DNA of 64,000 nt from Cycas panzhihuaensis. Lineage: Eukaryota > Plantae > Cycadophyta. Where the stretch lies: contig CM041465.1 in assembly GCA_023213395.1 (NCBI GenBank), positions 213,535,741 to 213,599,740 of the forward strand. Reading direction: 5' to 3'. The position numbers and the translations under genes were made by a program. Shown here piece after piece: positions 1 to 15,834 of this stretch (within the stretch, counting starts at the first letter, position 1; each line of letters starts with the position of its first letter). The notes under the pieces were generated by a model. That model searched no databases and had not been told where the DNA came from. It was given only the letters and a program-made list of their open reading frames with translations.

Positions 1-745
1 AAGATTTTGGCTTCTTAGGGCACATTGTGCCAATATATTTTGTACTATTATTGATGATTATATAGAGGCATGGACCAAATTGGTACCCCATTTTGATATG
101 AATTATGGATTTGTTTGATTATTATGGATGTAGAGATGCATGCATGCATGATGAGTATATATATGGATTTGTATAGATTTTTGTTATATTGTATTGCTTG
201 CATATTTATTATTGCTTGGAGTACACACAAGGCACATACGATCATCAAGTAGGTTTGGTAATCTCGTGTGGTACTTGGGCGAGAGGATTGTGTACCCCTC
301 AAAAGGAAAATAATGTCTTAGGCAGAAAAGGAACCAAAATGGGTATGGATACCCTAAGAATCTCAAGAGGAGGTAAGATCTATTAAAGAAGGCCCTCTTT
401 AGGTGGCAACTCGTGCTCAAAGGCAGATAAAGTTGCCTACCAGAGGGCTCAATTAGCTCATATCCCTAGATCGACAAAGAAGGAGTCAAATATGAGCATG
501 GGGGGGTGTTTTACTATGGTGGCATATCCGCCACTACCCATGGACTGAAGGAGGGACCTTATTTATTGGGGAAAGGCATGACATCTTTAGAAAGGGATAT
601 AACTATCCTAACAACAAATGGGGTCACTAAAAACTTAAATGCATATTATGCCCCTAATGAGGGTATTTAATGTCACATTTGAATGGTAGTTTAGGCTCAT
701 TTCAGAGTGAGGGCTTGTTCCCTTTCTACTCAAGAGGAGAAAGAG

Positions 746-1950
746 TCAACCATAGGATTTCTCTAGAAATTTACCATTTACAACTTTGTTAAACTCGAGG
801 CCCTCCAACGTGGTTATCTTATATATGCCATTATTGAATTTCTTAAGGACAACAAAAGGGCCTACCCATTTGGGGCCAAATTTAGATAGCTGGTTAGAAA
901 GATATTCTAGCTTAAGTACTTGGTCCCTAGGATTCAAGGGGTAAGGATGTAAATATTTGTTATACATCCTTTGTTCCCTAGCCTTAGATGTTAGGTTAGC
1001 TTGGTATGCGATCAAGTGTCTCTCATCCAAAGCCTCAAGGTTGAGGAGGTAGGATTGGTGGTGCAATTCATCATCGACTAACTCTTTAAGGGATACCCTT
1101 AAAGAAGGGATCTTGACTTCTAAAGGCAATACTGCCTCCATTCCGTAAACCAAGGAGAATGGTGTTATCCCTGTGGTGGTATAAATCAAAGTTTGATAGG
1201 CCCATAGAGTTGAGTAGAGCTAGATGTGCTAATCTTTTTGGGATCAAGCAATGATTTTATTTAGAATGTTGATTAGGGTTTTAAGAGGACAAAATTTTAT
1301 GAGAGATCTTGAATTTCCCATAAAGATCATCCATCCCCTTATTATAGAATGGATTTCCATTATCTGTGATGAGGATATCGAGAACCCCAAATCGACAGAT
1401 GATGTATTAATATACAAAAGTAGTAATTATCTTGCTAGTTATGGAAGATAAAAGGATGGCCTAGGCCCATTTGGTGAAGTACTTTGTTGCGATTAAGTTA
1501 ATTTCATGCTAGGCCAAAGAGGGTGGAGTAATGGATCCAATCAAATCTAACCCCCTTTGGGAGAAAGGCCATGGAGATATGACAACATGTAATGCCTCAG
1601 AAGGTTGGTGGATAATGTTAACATGCTCTTGGCATCTGTGGTAATATTATGCATTAATTTGGATATTGTTGAATAAAGTTGGCTAATAGTATCCCATGTA
1701 AAGGATTCTTTAGGCCATTTATTGGCCTCTACAAATGCCATTATGGCATTTATGAAGAATTTAGTTAGTCTCCTTATGGTTAAGGCAACGAAGGAGAACG
1801 TCATCAAAGGACCGCTTATACAATACATCCTATATAAGGAAGTATTGCCGAGAAGAAGCTCTGACCTAGGACTTTATTTTATTATTGGCATTGATAGGAT
1901 ATTATTACTGAGTGAGATATTATATTATATCTCCATACCATTTGCTGTTG
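746..1950 (-). pseudogene. Gypsy integrase (Zn-finger remnant, core and GPY/F module), disrupted
   Basis: ORF 746-1189 has TPFSLVYGMEAVLP and W.GPF.V; upstream fragments read ATKYFTKWA and ITDNG. Confidence 0.9.
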
Positions 1951-2029
1951 GTCTATGGATAAGGGTTTATGTGCTGGGGAGCTAAGATGGGCTCATTGGG
2001 TAACGAATCATTGACTAGAACCCTAAGAG

Positions 2030-3500
2030 AGTTAGAGATGGGAGCATCAACCAATTGCTCTGCAACTATCATTCCTTTCTTATATTTTTGGTTGATGATT
2101 TTAAGATCATATTTTTGAAGGAGAATGACCAATTTGCTTGCCCTTCCTATCAAGCCTGATCTGGTTAACAAGTATCTCGATTGATCAGATTGGATGATCA
2201 CATAGGTAATGTTGTCTAGGAGGTAGTGCCTAAAATTTTTAGTGATGTAGACTAATGCTAAGAACTCTATTTTATTGATGGATAATTTAGTTTTGTTGCC
2301 ACCAATGTACAGATAATGAAGTAGACAACTCTTTTAATTTTTGAGTCATCTTCTTGGGCCAGCATAGCACTTAGGGATTCATTAGTCACCAAGGTATATA
2401 AGATAAAGGGATAATCAAAGAGAGGGGGAGCCAATACAAGAGTAGATATAAGGTCTTAGTTGAGCTCTTAAAATACTTCCTGGACCTTAGGAGACTAGAC
2501 CAATGGGCCTTCCTTCTTCAATAATTTAGTTAGGAGTTTGGCGTTTAGGGCAAAGTCCACCAAGAAATGTCTCAAGACTCTAACCTTCCTAAGAATGACT
2601 TAATTTGTTGTTAGGTTCTTAGAGGTGGCATCTCAATGATGGCCTTGACCTCATCAGGGTCGATTTGGATTTCTTATTTAGAGATAAGGAACCCTAGAAT
2701 CTTGCTAGTCATAACTGTAATAACACATTTAAGTGGGTTTAAGCTGACATGGTATTTGTGGTACCTTGTGAAGATCACTTTAAGGTCCATGGGATGACCA
2801 ACCCTTTTGCAAGAGAGGCCCATCATATCATCCATAAAAACTTCAAGAGTTTGGTTTATAAGGTCATGAAATATAAATTACATGGCCCTTTAGTAGGTAG
2901 CACCTACATTCTTTAATCCAAAAGGCATGGCCTTGTAGGTGAATGTCTCCTATAGGGCAGTGAAGGCCATTTTGTGATGGTCGTTGTCAGATATTTAGAT
3001 TTCATTATATTTAGAGAAGCCATCCATTAGGGACATGACTTTGAAACAGGCAATTCAATTAATGATTTGATTAATAAAGGGAAGGAGGAAGTTGTCCTTA
3101 GGACAAGCATTATTGATGTCTCAAAAATCAATATATATTCTAATCATTCCATTCCTTTTGCCGATGGGCATGATGTTAGAAACCCATTTAGGGTAGTCTA
3201 TAGAAGTGATAAGTCCACCATCTATTATCTTTTCCACTTCTATTTTAACTATAGTTGAGATTTTTAGATACAAAGGGCATTACTTTGATTGCATAGGATG
3301 AGCTCCTAGGATAGTAGTGAGGTTATAGATAATGATGCTAGGATCTATACCCTTCATGTTTGAGTAATCCCCTACAAAGACATCATGGAATTCTTGGAAC
3401 AATTAAGTATATTCCTCTATCTCTTGAAGAGAACACTTTGGCCCAACCTTAATGACCTTACTGGGGGTAGAAACGATGTCCTTGATTACCCCCATACACA
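2030..3500 (-). pseudogene. Gypsy reverse transcriptase + RNase H, disrupted
   Basis: Fragments SLMDGFSKYNEI, AMPFGLKNVGATY, FMDDM, LNPLKC; RH tail GLIGRASKLVILLQKYDL (ORF 1953-2201). Confidence 0.85.
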
Positions 3501-4329
3501 TAGCATTCCCTTCCTTAAAGTGAGGAGTAGCTTGGTCAATCAAAGGATGAGGGAGAGTATTTGGTTGGCTGGGGTCAACTATGGATGACCTAAGAGCTAA
3601 ACACTTCTGAAAACCAAGTCTATGGTGTCTAAAAGGAAAAGATGTGGTGCCTATTAAATGCTCTAATAAGGTTTCATCATTCTCAAAGTAATCTATCCCA
3701 TGGATAGTCTTGGTAGGCTAGGACTAAGAAGCCGATGGGGTGGCAATGGGCCCGTAATGGTTGACCCACCATTCCACATAATGAGAGGACTCTTCAGAGG
3801 AGTCCGAGGGTAACCTACTATGCCGCTGTATCTTGTCTTATGGAGGGAAGAGCTAGTTAGGATCTAGGTCATAAACAATAGTCTCATCATATGAAAAGAT
3901 AGACCCCTTGTCCTCATCATCTATGAGGGATAGCTAGGATTGGGAAGTAAGGGGTTGTTGAATCAGTTAGGGACCTATATATATTAAGAGGTTAATAGTG
4001 CATGGATCTTAAAATGAAATAGGAGAGGTATTATCCTCATTACTGGTCCTAAGTAGGGATATAAGTTGTCGAGAATGGTAAGAGTGATGCTCCCTTTGCA
4101 CGTTGAGAAGGGATATGGGATGAGGAGGATCCTTGTAATCATTATTGGACTCTTAGTCGCTCATGATGGCAAAATACCTATAGCTTCCAATGCTAATGGG
4201 GGTGAAACAGATTATGATAGATTGGGAAGGATGTATCTCCTTTCCTTTCTAATGGAACAAGCCACTAATAGGCTAGATAGATCCTTAACCTTATTAATTG
4301 ACCCAAAGATTGCTTAGTAGGGTTAGTGA

Positions 4330-4760
4330 GGTGGTCAACTAGGGGGAGGCTCTCAAAGGACAACTTTCATTCATCCTTCATAGACAAATTTAAGTTGCCC
4401 GCATCTAGAGAAGTAGAAGACCCCTATTTGGTCAAGCCATAAACATCTTAACAAAAGGTTGTAGTCCATATCTATGTTAAGGACTATAATTTCTATTTGG
4501 ACAATTTTATCCTTTAAGGTAAGGGGAGGCAACACTATTCCCAAGGGTGCCTTCTCTCTACCATCATAGCTTTGGCACCTCTATGGGACTGGTTGAAGGG
4601 CCCCTCCCTAGATCCTCTACCATGTGTATAAGCATGGCATTAACCGAGGAACCATTATCTATGGTGGTCCTCTTCAAAGTAAAGCTTGGGGTGTCTATGG
4701 TAATAGTGAAAGGGTAATGCCATTGATGTTCCCTTTTACTAGTGGGAGGGAGGTCTCTAG
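4330..4760 (-). pseudogene. Aspartic protease (Tat/Ogre-type)
   Basis: TTIDNGSSVNA at ~4640-4670, followed by a DYNLLL...WL motif. Confidence 0.75.
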
Positions 4761-5719
4761 GGTCAAAAGTAATAAGGGGTGCCCCACTTAAGGTGGTACC
4801 TATTGAGTGAACTTGGGTATCCTTTGGGCCTAAAGCCTACATGAGAAAGGATCGTCACTCAGGGTAATTCTGTAGGACGTCCATCATGGACATACTTGCG
4901 GCAATAGTGTGGAGCTCCTCGATAATTGAAATAGCCTTCCTCTTCCCGGTGGGTTGGGGAAGTGCTATTAAAAAATCGTAGTATCCTGGATGAATGAGAA
5001 TGGCCTTGGAGACCATAGGGATCTCCATAGGTGGATTGCTTGTGGAAGGGTTTTGTTAGGAGGTGGAGGCTTCATCAACCTCCTTTGTTGCTTGGGATCT
5101 TATAATAGGGTACAAAGGGATGGTTTCAAGCATTTGAATCACTCTCTTCCCCTTATTTTTGGGTTGAGAGGATGAAGGATGTTGAGATTTAGGGCTTGGC
5201 ATAGAGGATTAATCTCTTGGTCCCTTCCCCTTTGCTTGGTTAGAAGAAGGATTGGGTGATTATCCCATATTCCTTGCCCTCCTGTTTTGAGTAGATTGGT
5301 CTTCTTTCCCATGGCTTGGGAAAGGATTCCTATAAATAGGCTAATCTAAATTAGGGTTAGAAGCCCTTTTAGGAGAGACATCATAACCTGGTACTAGCTC
5401 GAGATGTTGTGACTAGCATTACAAGTCCTCATGGAGGTAATCCCCATGCATAGAACACCACTTCTTCTAAGGAAGAGGTTTAGCCTTCCTTCCTTGAGAA
5501 GTCTTGGTATTCCCACTTTTAGGTGGCATGGTATGGGAGGTTTGGTGGATAAGTTTATGTGACTCTAATAAAGATTGAGAAGGTTGAAGCTTTAACTCTT
5601 TGATCATATGTTTAAAAGAGGGTACAACCAAGGTTAGGGGATCTAAGGTCCTATCGGTTGTGCTGATAGAAGGCCTTAGGGATTGTTGCTAGTTCCTTTG
5701 GTCACATGAAGGAGGGACT

Positions 5720-6290
5720 GGTATGTGATGTTGCGACTACCTAAGAGGCTTTTTGAGACTAGCTTACATTCCAATTGCTTCCAACACCAAGTATTTTGCT
5801 ATGGAAGAGTCATAAGGAGTTGCCAACATCTTGAGGACTTCTATGTGAACTTAAGGGAGAAGGGAATTAACAAAAAGGTCTCACTTTAATTCCTTAGGTA
5901 AAGTAGACTTAGAGGAATGAAGGAGATCATGGAAACATCTAACAAAGTCACGATTGAGTTTATCATGACCTTCTTTGAGGGAAAGTAGGGCTTTGACCCC
6001 ACTTTCAAAAGGATGAGTTACATCAAAATAGTTGACGAATTTGTCCACCAATTATTGGAAGTTATGGATAGAGTGGGCAAGGAGATAATAAAACTATTTT
6101 AGGGTATCTCCCTACAAATATCTTGGGATTAGTTTCATTAAAATATGATTGTAGGCCTACTAATCAATACATGCCATGATGAAGCCTCTACCATGCTTGG
6201 TAGGGTCCTGCGATGAAGTGCCATCAAACTTGGGCACTTCAAGGGAAGTGAGGCAGTAAGTTAGTCTTAAGAGCCTCAATGAAGAGGGGC
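5720..6290 (-). pseudogene. Retrotransposon gag core
   Basis: EVPKFDG...DP..H, L.GDTLK*FYYL...SI.NFQ, ALLSLKEG..KLNRDFVRCF fragments. Confidence 0.7.
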
Positions 6291-7700
6291 ATTGATCCAT
6301 AGTCAATGAAGGGATAGATCCTACGTTAAGCTAATGGATCAACTTGAGAAGCAGAGGGAGGTGGGTATGGATACCACTCCCACTATATGGGGGATAAGAA
6401 GGTTGAGTATAAGAATCATGAGGATTCAAAGATAGGGGTCATCCCCATTTATGGGTAGGCTACATAAGAAGATAGGTAAGAGGGGCTCATCCCACCATGA
6501 GGGTGTGCCACATGCATATATTAAGCATATGGATATGCAGCTTGAGGAGCTAGTGCATAGGAATGAAGGATAGGAGGAGGAATGGATCCCTCTTACAAAG
6601 GGGTTATGTATGAAGTAGCACACACAAAATATGGTGTAGAGTAAGAGACAAGGTTTTGCCCATAAGGTTCGCCTATGGGAGGTGCAACCCTATAGTGATG
6701 GAATAGACCCACTCCATAAGTTGGGAGAGGGTTTGGCCCTCCATGCTGCCCAAGGCTAGGATGTATACCTTGGGGGCACATAGAATGAAGGGTCCACATG
6801 TTGTGAATTAGGACGTATAGGGGTGGATCCTCCTTAACCCAAAGGATGAGGGTACGAAGGTACTTGAGGTCTAATTGAAGAGGCATGGGCCACAATTGGT
6901 TGTGGCATAATTTCTTGGGTAGGAGGGGGTATGCTTAGCCCCATTTAGGAGATCAACGTGCCCTAGAGTATCCCTTGGGGTATGGGAACACTCATGGGTG
7001 GAGGGACTATAGGAACATATCTCATTGTTGAAGAGGGCATAGGTTGGGATAAAACAAGAAGAATAGAGGTGGAAGAAGGTGGGGTGGTACTCTAAAGGAA
7101 GTACTCTAACCACTTCGGTGGTGGTTCGGTTCTTGTAGCTTCAAAGCATTACCTCAATGCCTCTACCACATCCTTGGGAGGAGTTCCTACTTGCTTGTAT
7201 GTGCTGGAAGGCTCCTTATATTGAGCAGAACTTGAAGGATGGTCATCATGGGTCCTCTCACTAGGATGAGAGTGGTTCATGGAGAAAGGCCCCCCTACAT
7301 CGTGCGTAGGGTATGGGTACAAATTTAGATGTGTTTGGTCATCTAGGTAGAAAATAGGGTCCTTGCCCTCTTGGGAAGGATCTTAGAGAGGGCAAGATAT
7401 TTATGGATGGGAATTAGAGGCATATGAGTGGTATGCCCAATTCAATAGGTAGCCTTCAATTAGTGATCCGGGCTTGAATGTGGCAATGGAGGAATAGAGG
7501 GGTTTCTCTTTTGTAAGAGGGAGACCGTGTAAGTGATGAGAAATATCACATTCACACCTTACCCAAGGAACTATAGGAGTGTAATGATTAGCTTTAGGAA
7601 AAGGTGTTGGGATTACCGAATACACTATGAAGATATCAAGAAGTAGTTGGAGGCTAACACTAGGAAAATCAAAGGGATGTTAGGATTTTCTTACTGGTGG

Positions 7701-7719
7701 GTCCCTACTATGGTCACCA
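7701..7719 (-). promoter_or_regulatory. Primer-binding site, tRNA-Arg-like (Ogre/Tat type), decayed
   Basis: Minus strand TGGTGACCATAGTAGGGAC 1 nt after the LTR end ...TTTACA; resembles the Ogre PBS TGGCGACTCYGCTGGGGAC. Confidence 0.6.
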
Positions 7720-7720
7720 G

Positions 7721-10691
<2,971 letters not shown>

Positions 10692-12527
10692 GCGTATAAT
10701 GAACCTCTTATCAACTAGGAGACCACTATGGGGGCTCAAAGATGCCATTGGATTGGAGTCTTAGTCATCATAGGTAGATAATAAGCACAAGTAAGCTAAA
10801 TAAACCAAACCAACATGCATCCAAGTAGTTAAACAAGCATCATAGGAAGTAATGACTAAAAGAATGCAAATAAAAGTGTGAGATAGAATACATACCTATG
10901 CTTACCTATGTGATGATCCTATAACCAATTCTCGGTAGGTCGGAAATACCACCCACCACTAAAGTAGTTGAAACATGACATGGAGGACTTAATCCACCTC
11001 AAGTGTAAGACCACCCCTCTTATTTAATGGTGAAATCTAGATGGACAAGATGATGACCTTTTCTTTTGGTGGGGGAATCCCTATCCTAAAAAAGAATTAA
11101 AGAACAAACAACACATAACTAAATGCAACTAGATATGATTATGATGTAATAGAGAATCCTAATATTGATATATGACTTGAGGCCCCATAGATTTAAGGAC
11201 TCACAACAAGTGTTATTCCTCTACTCTACTTGGCCTACTTAAGCACATATGATGATGTAAATGTAAAATATTTTCTATTCCTCTTTTTTTAAATTATTAT
11301 TGTTATTATTTTAATTAAACTAAAATACAAGAAAATGGAGAGTAGGTAAATGTGTGAGTATGCAAATAGTCAAACTAAGCTCTTTTTCTCTTTTGAAATA
11401 AAATAAAAAAAGGAAGCCTTTTATTTTATTTTTTGGTGAAATAAAAGTAAAAAAAAAGAGATAAGGAGGAGCACCTGTAATGCACTCAAAAATCCAAAAA
11501 ACTTGCTTTTGATCTCTTCACCTAGCCTCAAGCTTTATAAATCTAAACTCATGGGATAAAGATAAAAAAGAAAAACTAAGCTGAAGAGCATATGTAATAT
11601 ATGAGAATTTATACAAAATCTAGCAATATTTCTGCTTCTTAGATTGTATTATTCTAATAAAAAAAATTCTATAAAATTGAAATTAAAAGAAAATGCTTTT
11701 AAATGTAAATTTAAAGATGCTACCTTTGATGGCTCATAAGGAAATTTTGGCAGAGGTTTCATTACCCTATAAGCACTTTCCAATCTATGGTAGAAAGAAA
11801 ATAGAGGAGGAAAAGATCCAAATTGTGTTGCTTCACTACATATAAGAAAATGAAGCTGGGATGCCTTCACCTCCTACAAAATTAGTCATGAAGAAAGTAA
11901 AAGTATACATGCAAAATAATTAAAATTAAATAAGAGTGAAATTAATAAATTCACTTCTAATTAAACCTAATAATAGTGAAAATCTCATAAATAATAGGAT
12001 TACCACCACATCTAAGCCAAACAATATCAAGGGGTCCTCTTAACTACTTTGAGAACTTTTAGGAGATGTATAAACAAAGTAACTAAGATTAAGAGGGGAG
12101 AAAACCTAGCAACAAAAATAAAATTTAATAAAATAAACTAGAAATAAAGAAAGACTGAGAAAATAGTGGAAAATAAGTAATGCAAAATGTTTTCCAATAT
12201 ATAAATAGATGTAAGGCTCGTGGTTTCAAGCTCTAAATGTGATGGCTCCCCCTATCATATGAATGGATCCAATATCAAACTCAAACTTCATTAGAAATTT
12301 ATAATTAAAATGGTTATAGAGGTTGTCTAGTAGCATTTTAGTGGTTCAAAGTCTCTCTCTCATTTTATGAAATGGGAGGGGGATTTATAGATGTGGAGGG
12401 ATACCCCTTGGATGGTTTCTAGACCCATGGTTCTTATGAAACCATGGGCTAATCACCCATATATTTGGACTTGGATTTAGTTTGCAATGTGGATTGGACC
12501 ATGGTATTGCCATAAAATTATGAGTAT

Positions 12528-12916
12528 TGTTAAAATACATGGATTCAAAGATTACCTTTGAAACCCTAATGAAAAATATGAATGTAAACTACGATATAAA
12601 TATGAGGATTGAAGATAAATACTAAATGAAATACATGAAATATAAAGTATGTATAATGCTAAAGAGAACAAAGATATAGGAAAATGATCACTTTCCAAAT
12701 TATTACATTAGGCATGGATATATACTTACAATACATTCAACATCATACTTGACTAATAAGATGAAAGAACCCTGATATCCACCAATAGAGACATTTACAT
12801 GAATAGGTGTGCTTCACATGTACACATCTTAATATCATAATTAAAAAATACCTATGAAAGTTAAGGGGGACACTTAACAAGATACATAAATCAACATTGA
12901 ACATTATGTTTTAACA
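12528..12916 (-). repeat. 3' LTR of the small non-autonomous element
   Basis: TGTTAAAA...TTTTAACA inverted termini; adjacent poly-C is the minus-strand PPT. Confidence 0.92.
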
Positions 12917-13970
12917 CCCCCCCATAATGTTTAATGTCACACCTATATATTATGTAAAAATATGCTAGAACAAATAAAGATTAGCTTCAAATAGTACTAG
13001 TTCTATTTGTAAGCTACAAATGAAATTTGTTGAAGTTCATGTGAAGAAAAGTCCATATACCAGAATGCATGGATAACTAGCTTCTGTAACTGCCAGTTGA
13101 ATAAGAACCTCCTTGAGATACGTGGTTTAATTAGACAATCAACTTTATTTTAGGAATACGTCTACTAGGTAAATGAGTTAACTAGCTTTAATCATTAAGG
13201 TAACTAATTTGTGGTACCTTCATTTTCCTTTAAGGCATCCAATTTATGGATCCTTCAAAGATAAGAGCAAGAAATATGCTTTTATGTAGTATCATCTGCT
13301 AAAAATAATTAATACAATTACCAACATGAAATACTAGATGTGATTTTGTAAAAAAGAACTCTCATAATTGTAAAAGGGTTCCTTAAGAGCATTTAATCTA
13401 TCATAAATAAGAAAATTTTGTGTAAATTTAAACTAATTTCTTTTACCATCTTGCAAAAATAAAGAGCTTTGACCCTTTTAAAGAGGGTTTACCCTAGGGT
13501 TTTTAGATTGAAAAAGTACCCTTTGATAAAATGATAATAACTTTCTACTCAAACCTTTGATTGATCTAAAACTATTTCCATTTGGAAGTAGATAAAAAAA
13601 CACATAGCATCAAATTTTTTTTGAGGTCAATTGGATACTTATAACTAAAGTTATGGTTGTTCAAAGTTGAGGTACCAAATTTGCCTTTAAGATTGATGAC
13701 GATAAACATGCAAAAATTAAATCTACTGCATTCCCTTCTTTATAGCCCCAAAATCTATAATAAGACCACTTAAGCTTTATAGGATAAGTTAATTTGTCTT
13801 AAATTTACCATTATTTCTTGAATTTATTTTTTTAGTATACATATTCAAACCCTACTACCTACTTGCAAGATGATTATATACAAAGAAACTTGGCTAAATA
13901 GGCTCAAAACTTGATTGAGAGTTTCTTCACCTTATCATAGTGGCTTGAATTCAACTATGCCTAGATACTA

Positions 13971-14378
13971 TATTAAAATATATAGATTCAAAGATTACCT
14001 TTGAAACCCTAATGAAAAATATGAATATAAACTATGATATAAGTATGAGGATTAAAGACAAATACTAAATAAAATACATAAAAGATAAAGTATATACAAT
14101 ACTAAAGATAATAAAGATATGGGAAAATGATCACCTTCCAAATTATTACATTAGGCATGAATACATACTTATAGTATATTCAACCTCATGTTTGACCAAT
14201 AAGATAAAAGAACCCTTATGTCCACCAATGAGGGTATTTACATGAATAAGTACACATCCACAATGAGGGTATGCTTCATATGCACACATCTCAATATTAC
14301 AATTAAAAAATACTTATGAGAGTTAAGGGGGACACTTAAGAAGATACATAAATTAACATTAAACATTAAGTTTTAATA
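13971..14378 (-). repeat. 5' LTR of the small non-autonomous element
   Basis: Aligns with 12528-12916, plus a ~20-bp extra segment; PBS adjacent. Confidence 0.92.
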
Positions 14379-15834
14379 AGTATAATATGGTTTGGGCTTT
14401 TTAGGCAAGAAAGATATAATGGAAATGCATTAAATACTAAAAAGTCATTCACTTATGATTCTATAATGGTGTGGTTCTATATTGTTTTTATTTTTAGAGT
14501 GGTATGATTTATCTTGTTGTGATGTTTACAATGAGACAATGTCATACTATTATAAAGTTTCATACCATTGTATTCTACGCTATTATGAATTTGCCCCATT
14601 GTATTTCATCCCACTGTGAATTTTCATCTTGCTATGAAAATGTTCAAAACATGGACAAACTTAAAATGGGTATAACTTTCTAATTTGATGTCTATTTTTA
14701 ACACTCAACCATTCATTCTGAAGCTATCGATAAGCTCTACAACTTGGAATAGGTCTCTAATTCTCAAATTTTATCAATATAGAGAAGTTAGCCCTAAAAT
14801 AATGACCTATCTCTATTTTATCACCCCTAATACTACCTTAACTTCAAATTATTATTTCCCCCTTTTTTGGTAGCCAATTTAAACTCTTGACCACTTATTT
14901 TTTATGTACATGAGGAGATTTATGAAATAGACTAAATGAAATGATAAAATTCATTCAAAACCAAAGTCAAAATTGTAAAAGAATATGAGATGTAGGCCAA
15001 AAAAGACAAAAAAAAAACATTTAAATAAAGGGAAAAAAGGTTCTAGAAATGCTCTTATAGGTTTGAGAGGGTTGTTTCATGATCTACTAGACTTAGGTAA
15101 ATAATTTATTTATGCCACTAATTAGAGTCAAAATTATCATAGGCTGAACACATGCACCTATCACTAAGATAATAGATAAATATCAATAACATGTTTATAA
15201 AGCTAGCAACTAAATTAAAATAAAGGAATAAATATATATATAACTCAACTATGTAGTGAGAGCTATTGGCTTCTTAGATCATGAGAAATACCTTCTTAGG
15301 CTTTCTTTTAATAGAAAAGCTAACTATTCTTAAAAAAATATTTTTTCTTTAAGGGAATGTATATATAGCTTCCTTAGGACTAGCTTCTTTATTTAATTGC
15401 TTCAGAATCTCCCTAATATGGTTGCTAGTTTTTTGATAGGGAATTTAGTACCTTGAGTAGTACTAGTCTACGAAGGTCAAAAAATTCATTATAACAAAAA
15501 TAAGATTTGGAGTGTTTTTTAGAATTTCTTCAACTTGAAAGGGCAATTTCCCTTTATTAAACAATTGAAGAATAATCAATACTAGAAAAACAAATATAAG
15601 GTTTACAAATATTTGGAGAGTAATGAATGTTACAAAAGCAAATATAAGGTTTATAAAATATTTGGTAGACCACCTATACATACAACTGCTATTTAAAGAG
15701 TGAAAGTAGTATTTTTTTTTATAAGGTAAAAGAAGAAGGGATTTTAAAAGGACCCCAAACCTTTTACAAAATTTGCCTTTTGACTAAATCAAGAGGGTCA
15801 TGACAAGCCCATGGCCTAACTACTCTCTATCCTC

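Larger units (their letters stand above)
1..7720 (-). mobile_element. Decayed Ty3/gypsy non-chromovirus (Tat/Ogre-like) internal region; 3' end lies outside the window
   Basis: Minus-strand order gag-PR-RT-RH-INT with many stops and frameshifts; protease motif TIDNGSSVN; integrase C-terminus TPFSLVYGMEAVLPLEV...KFGPKWVGPF; PBS next to an LTR terminus at 7721. Confidence 0.9.
12528..14378 (-). mobile_element. Complete small non-autonomous LTR retrotransposon (TRIM-like), 1.85 kb
   Basis: Direct repeats 12528-12916 and 13971-14378 (TG..CA / TA..TA); perfect TSD AGTAT at 12523-12527 and 14379-14383; PPT at ~12917-12929; decayed Met PBS at 13959-13970; no ORF. Confidence 0.93.
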
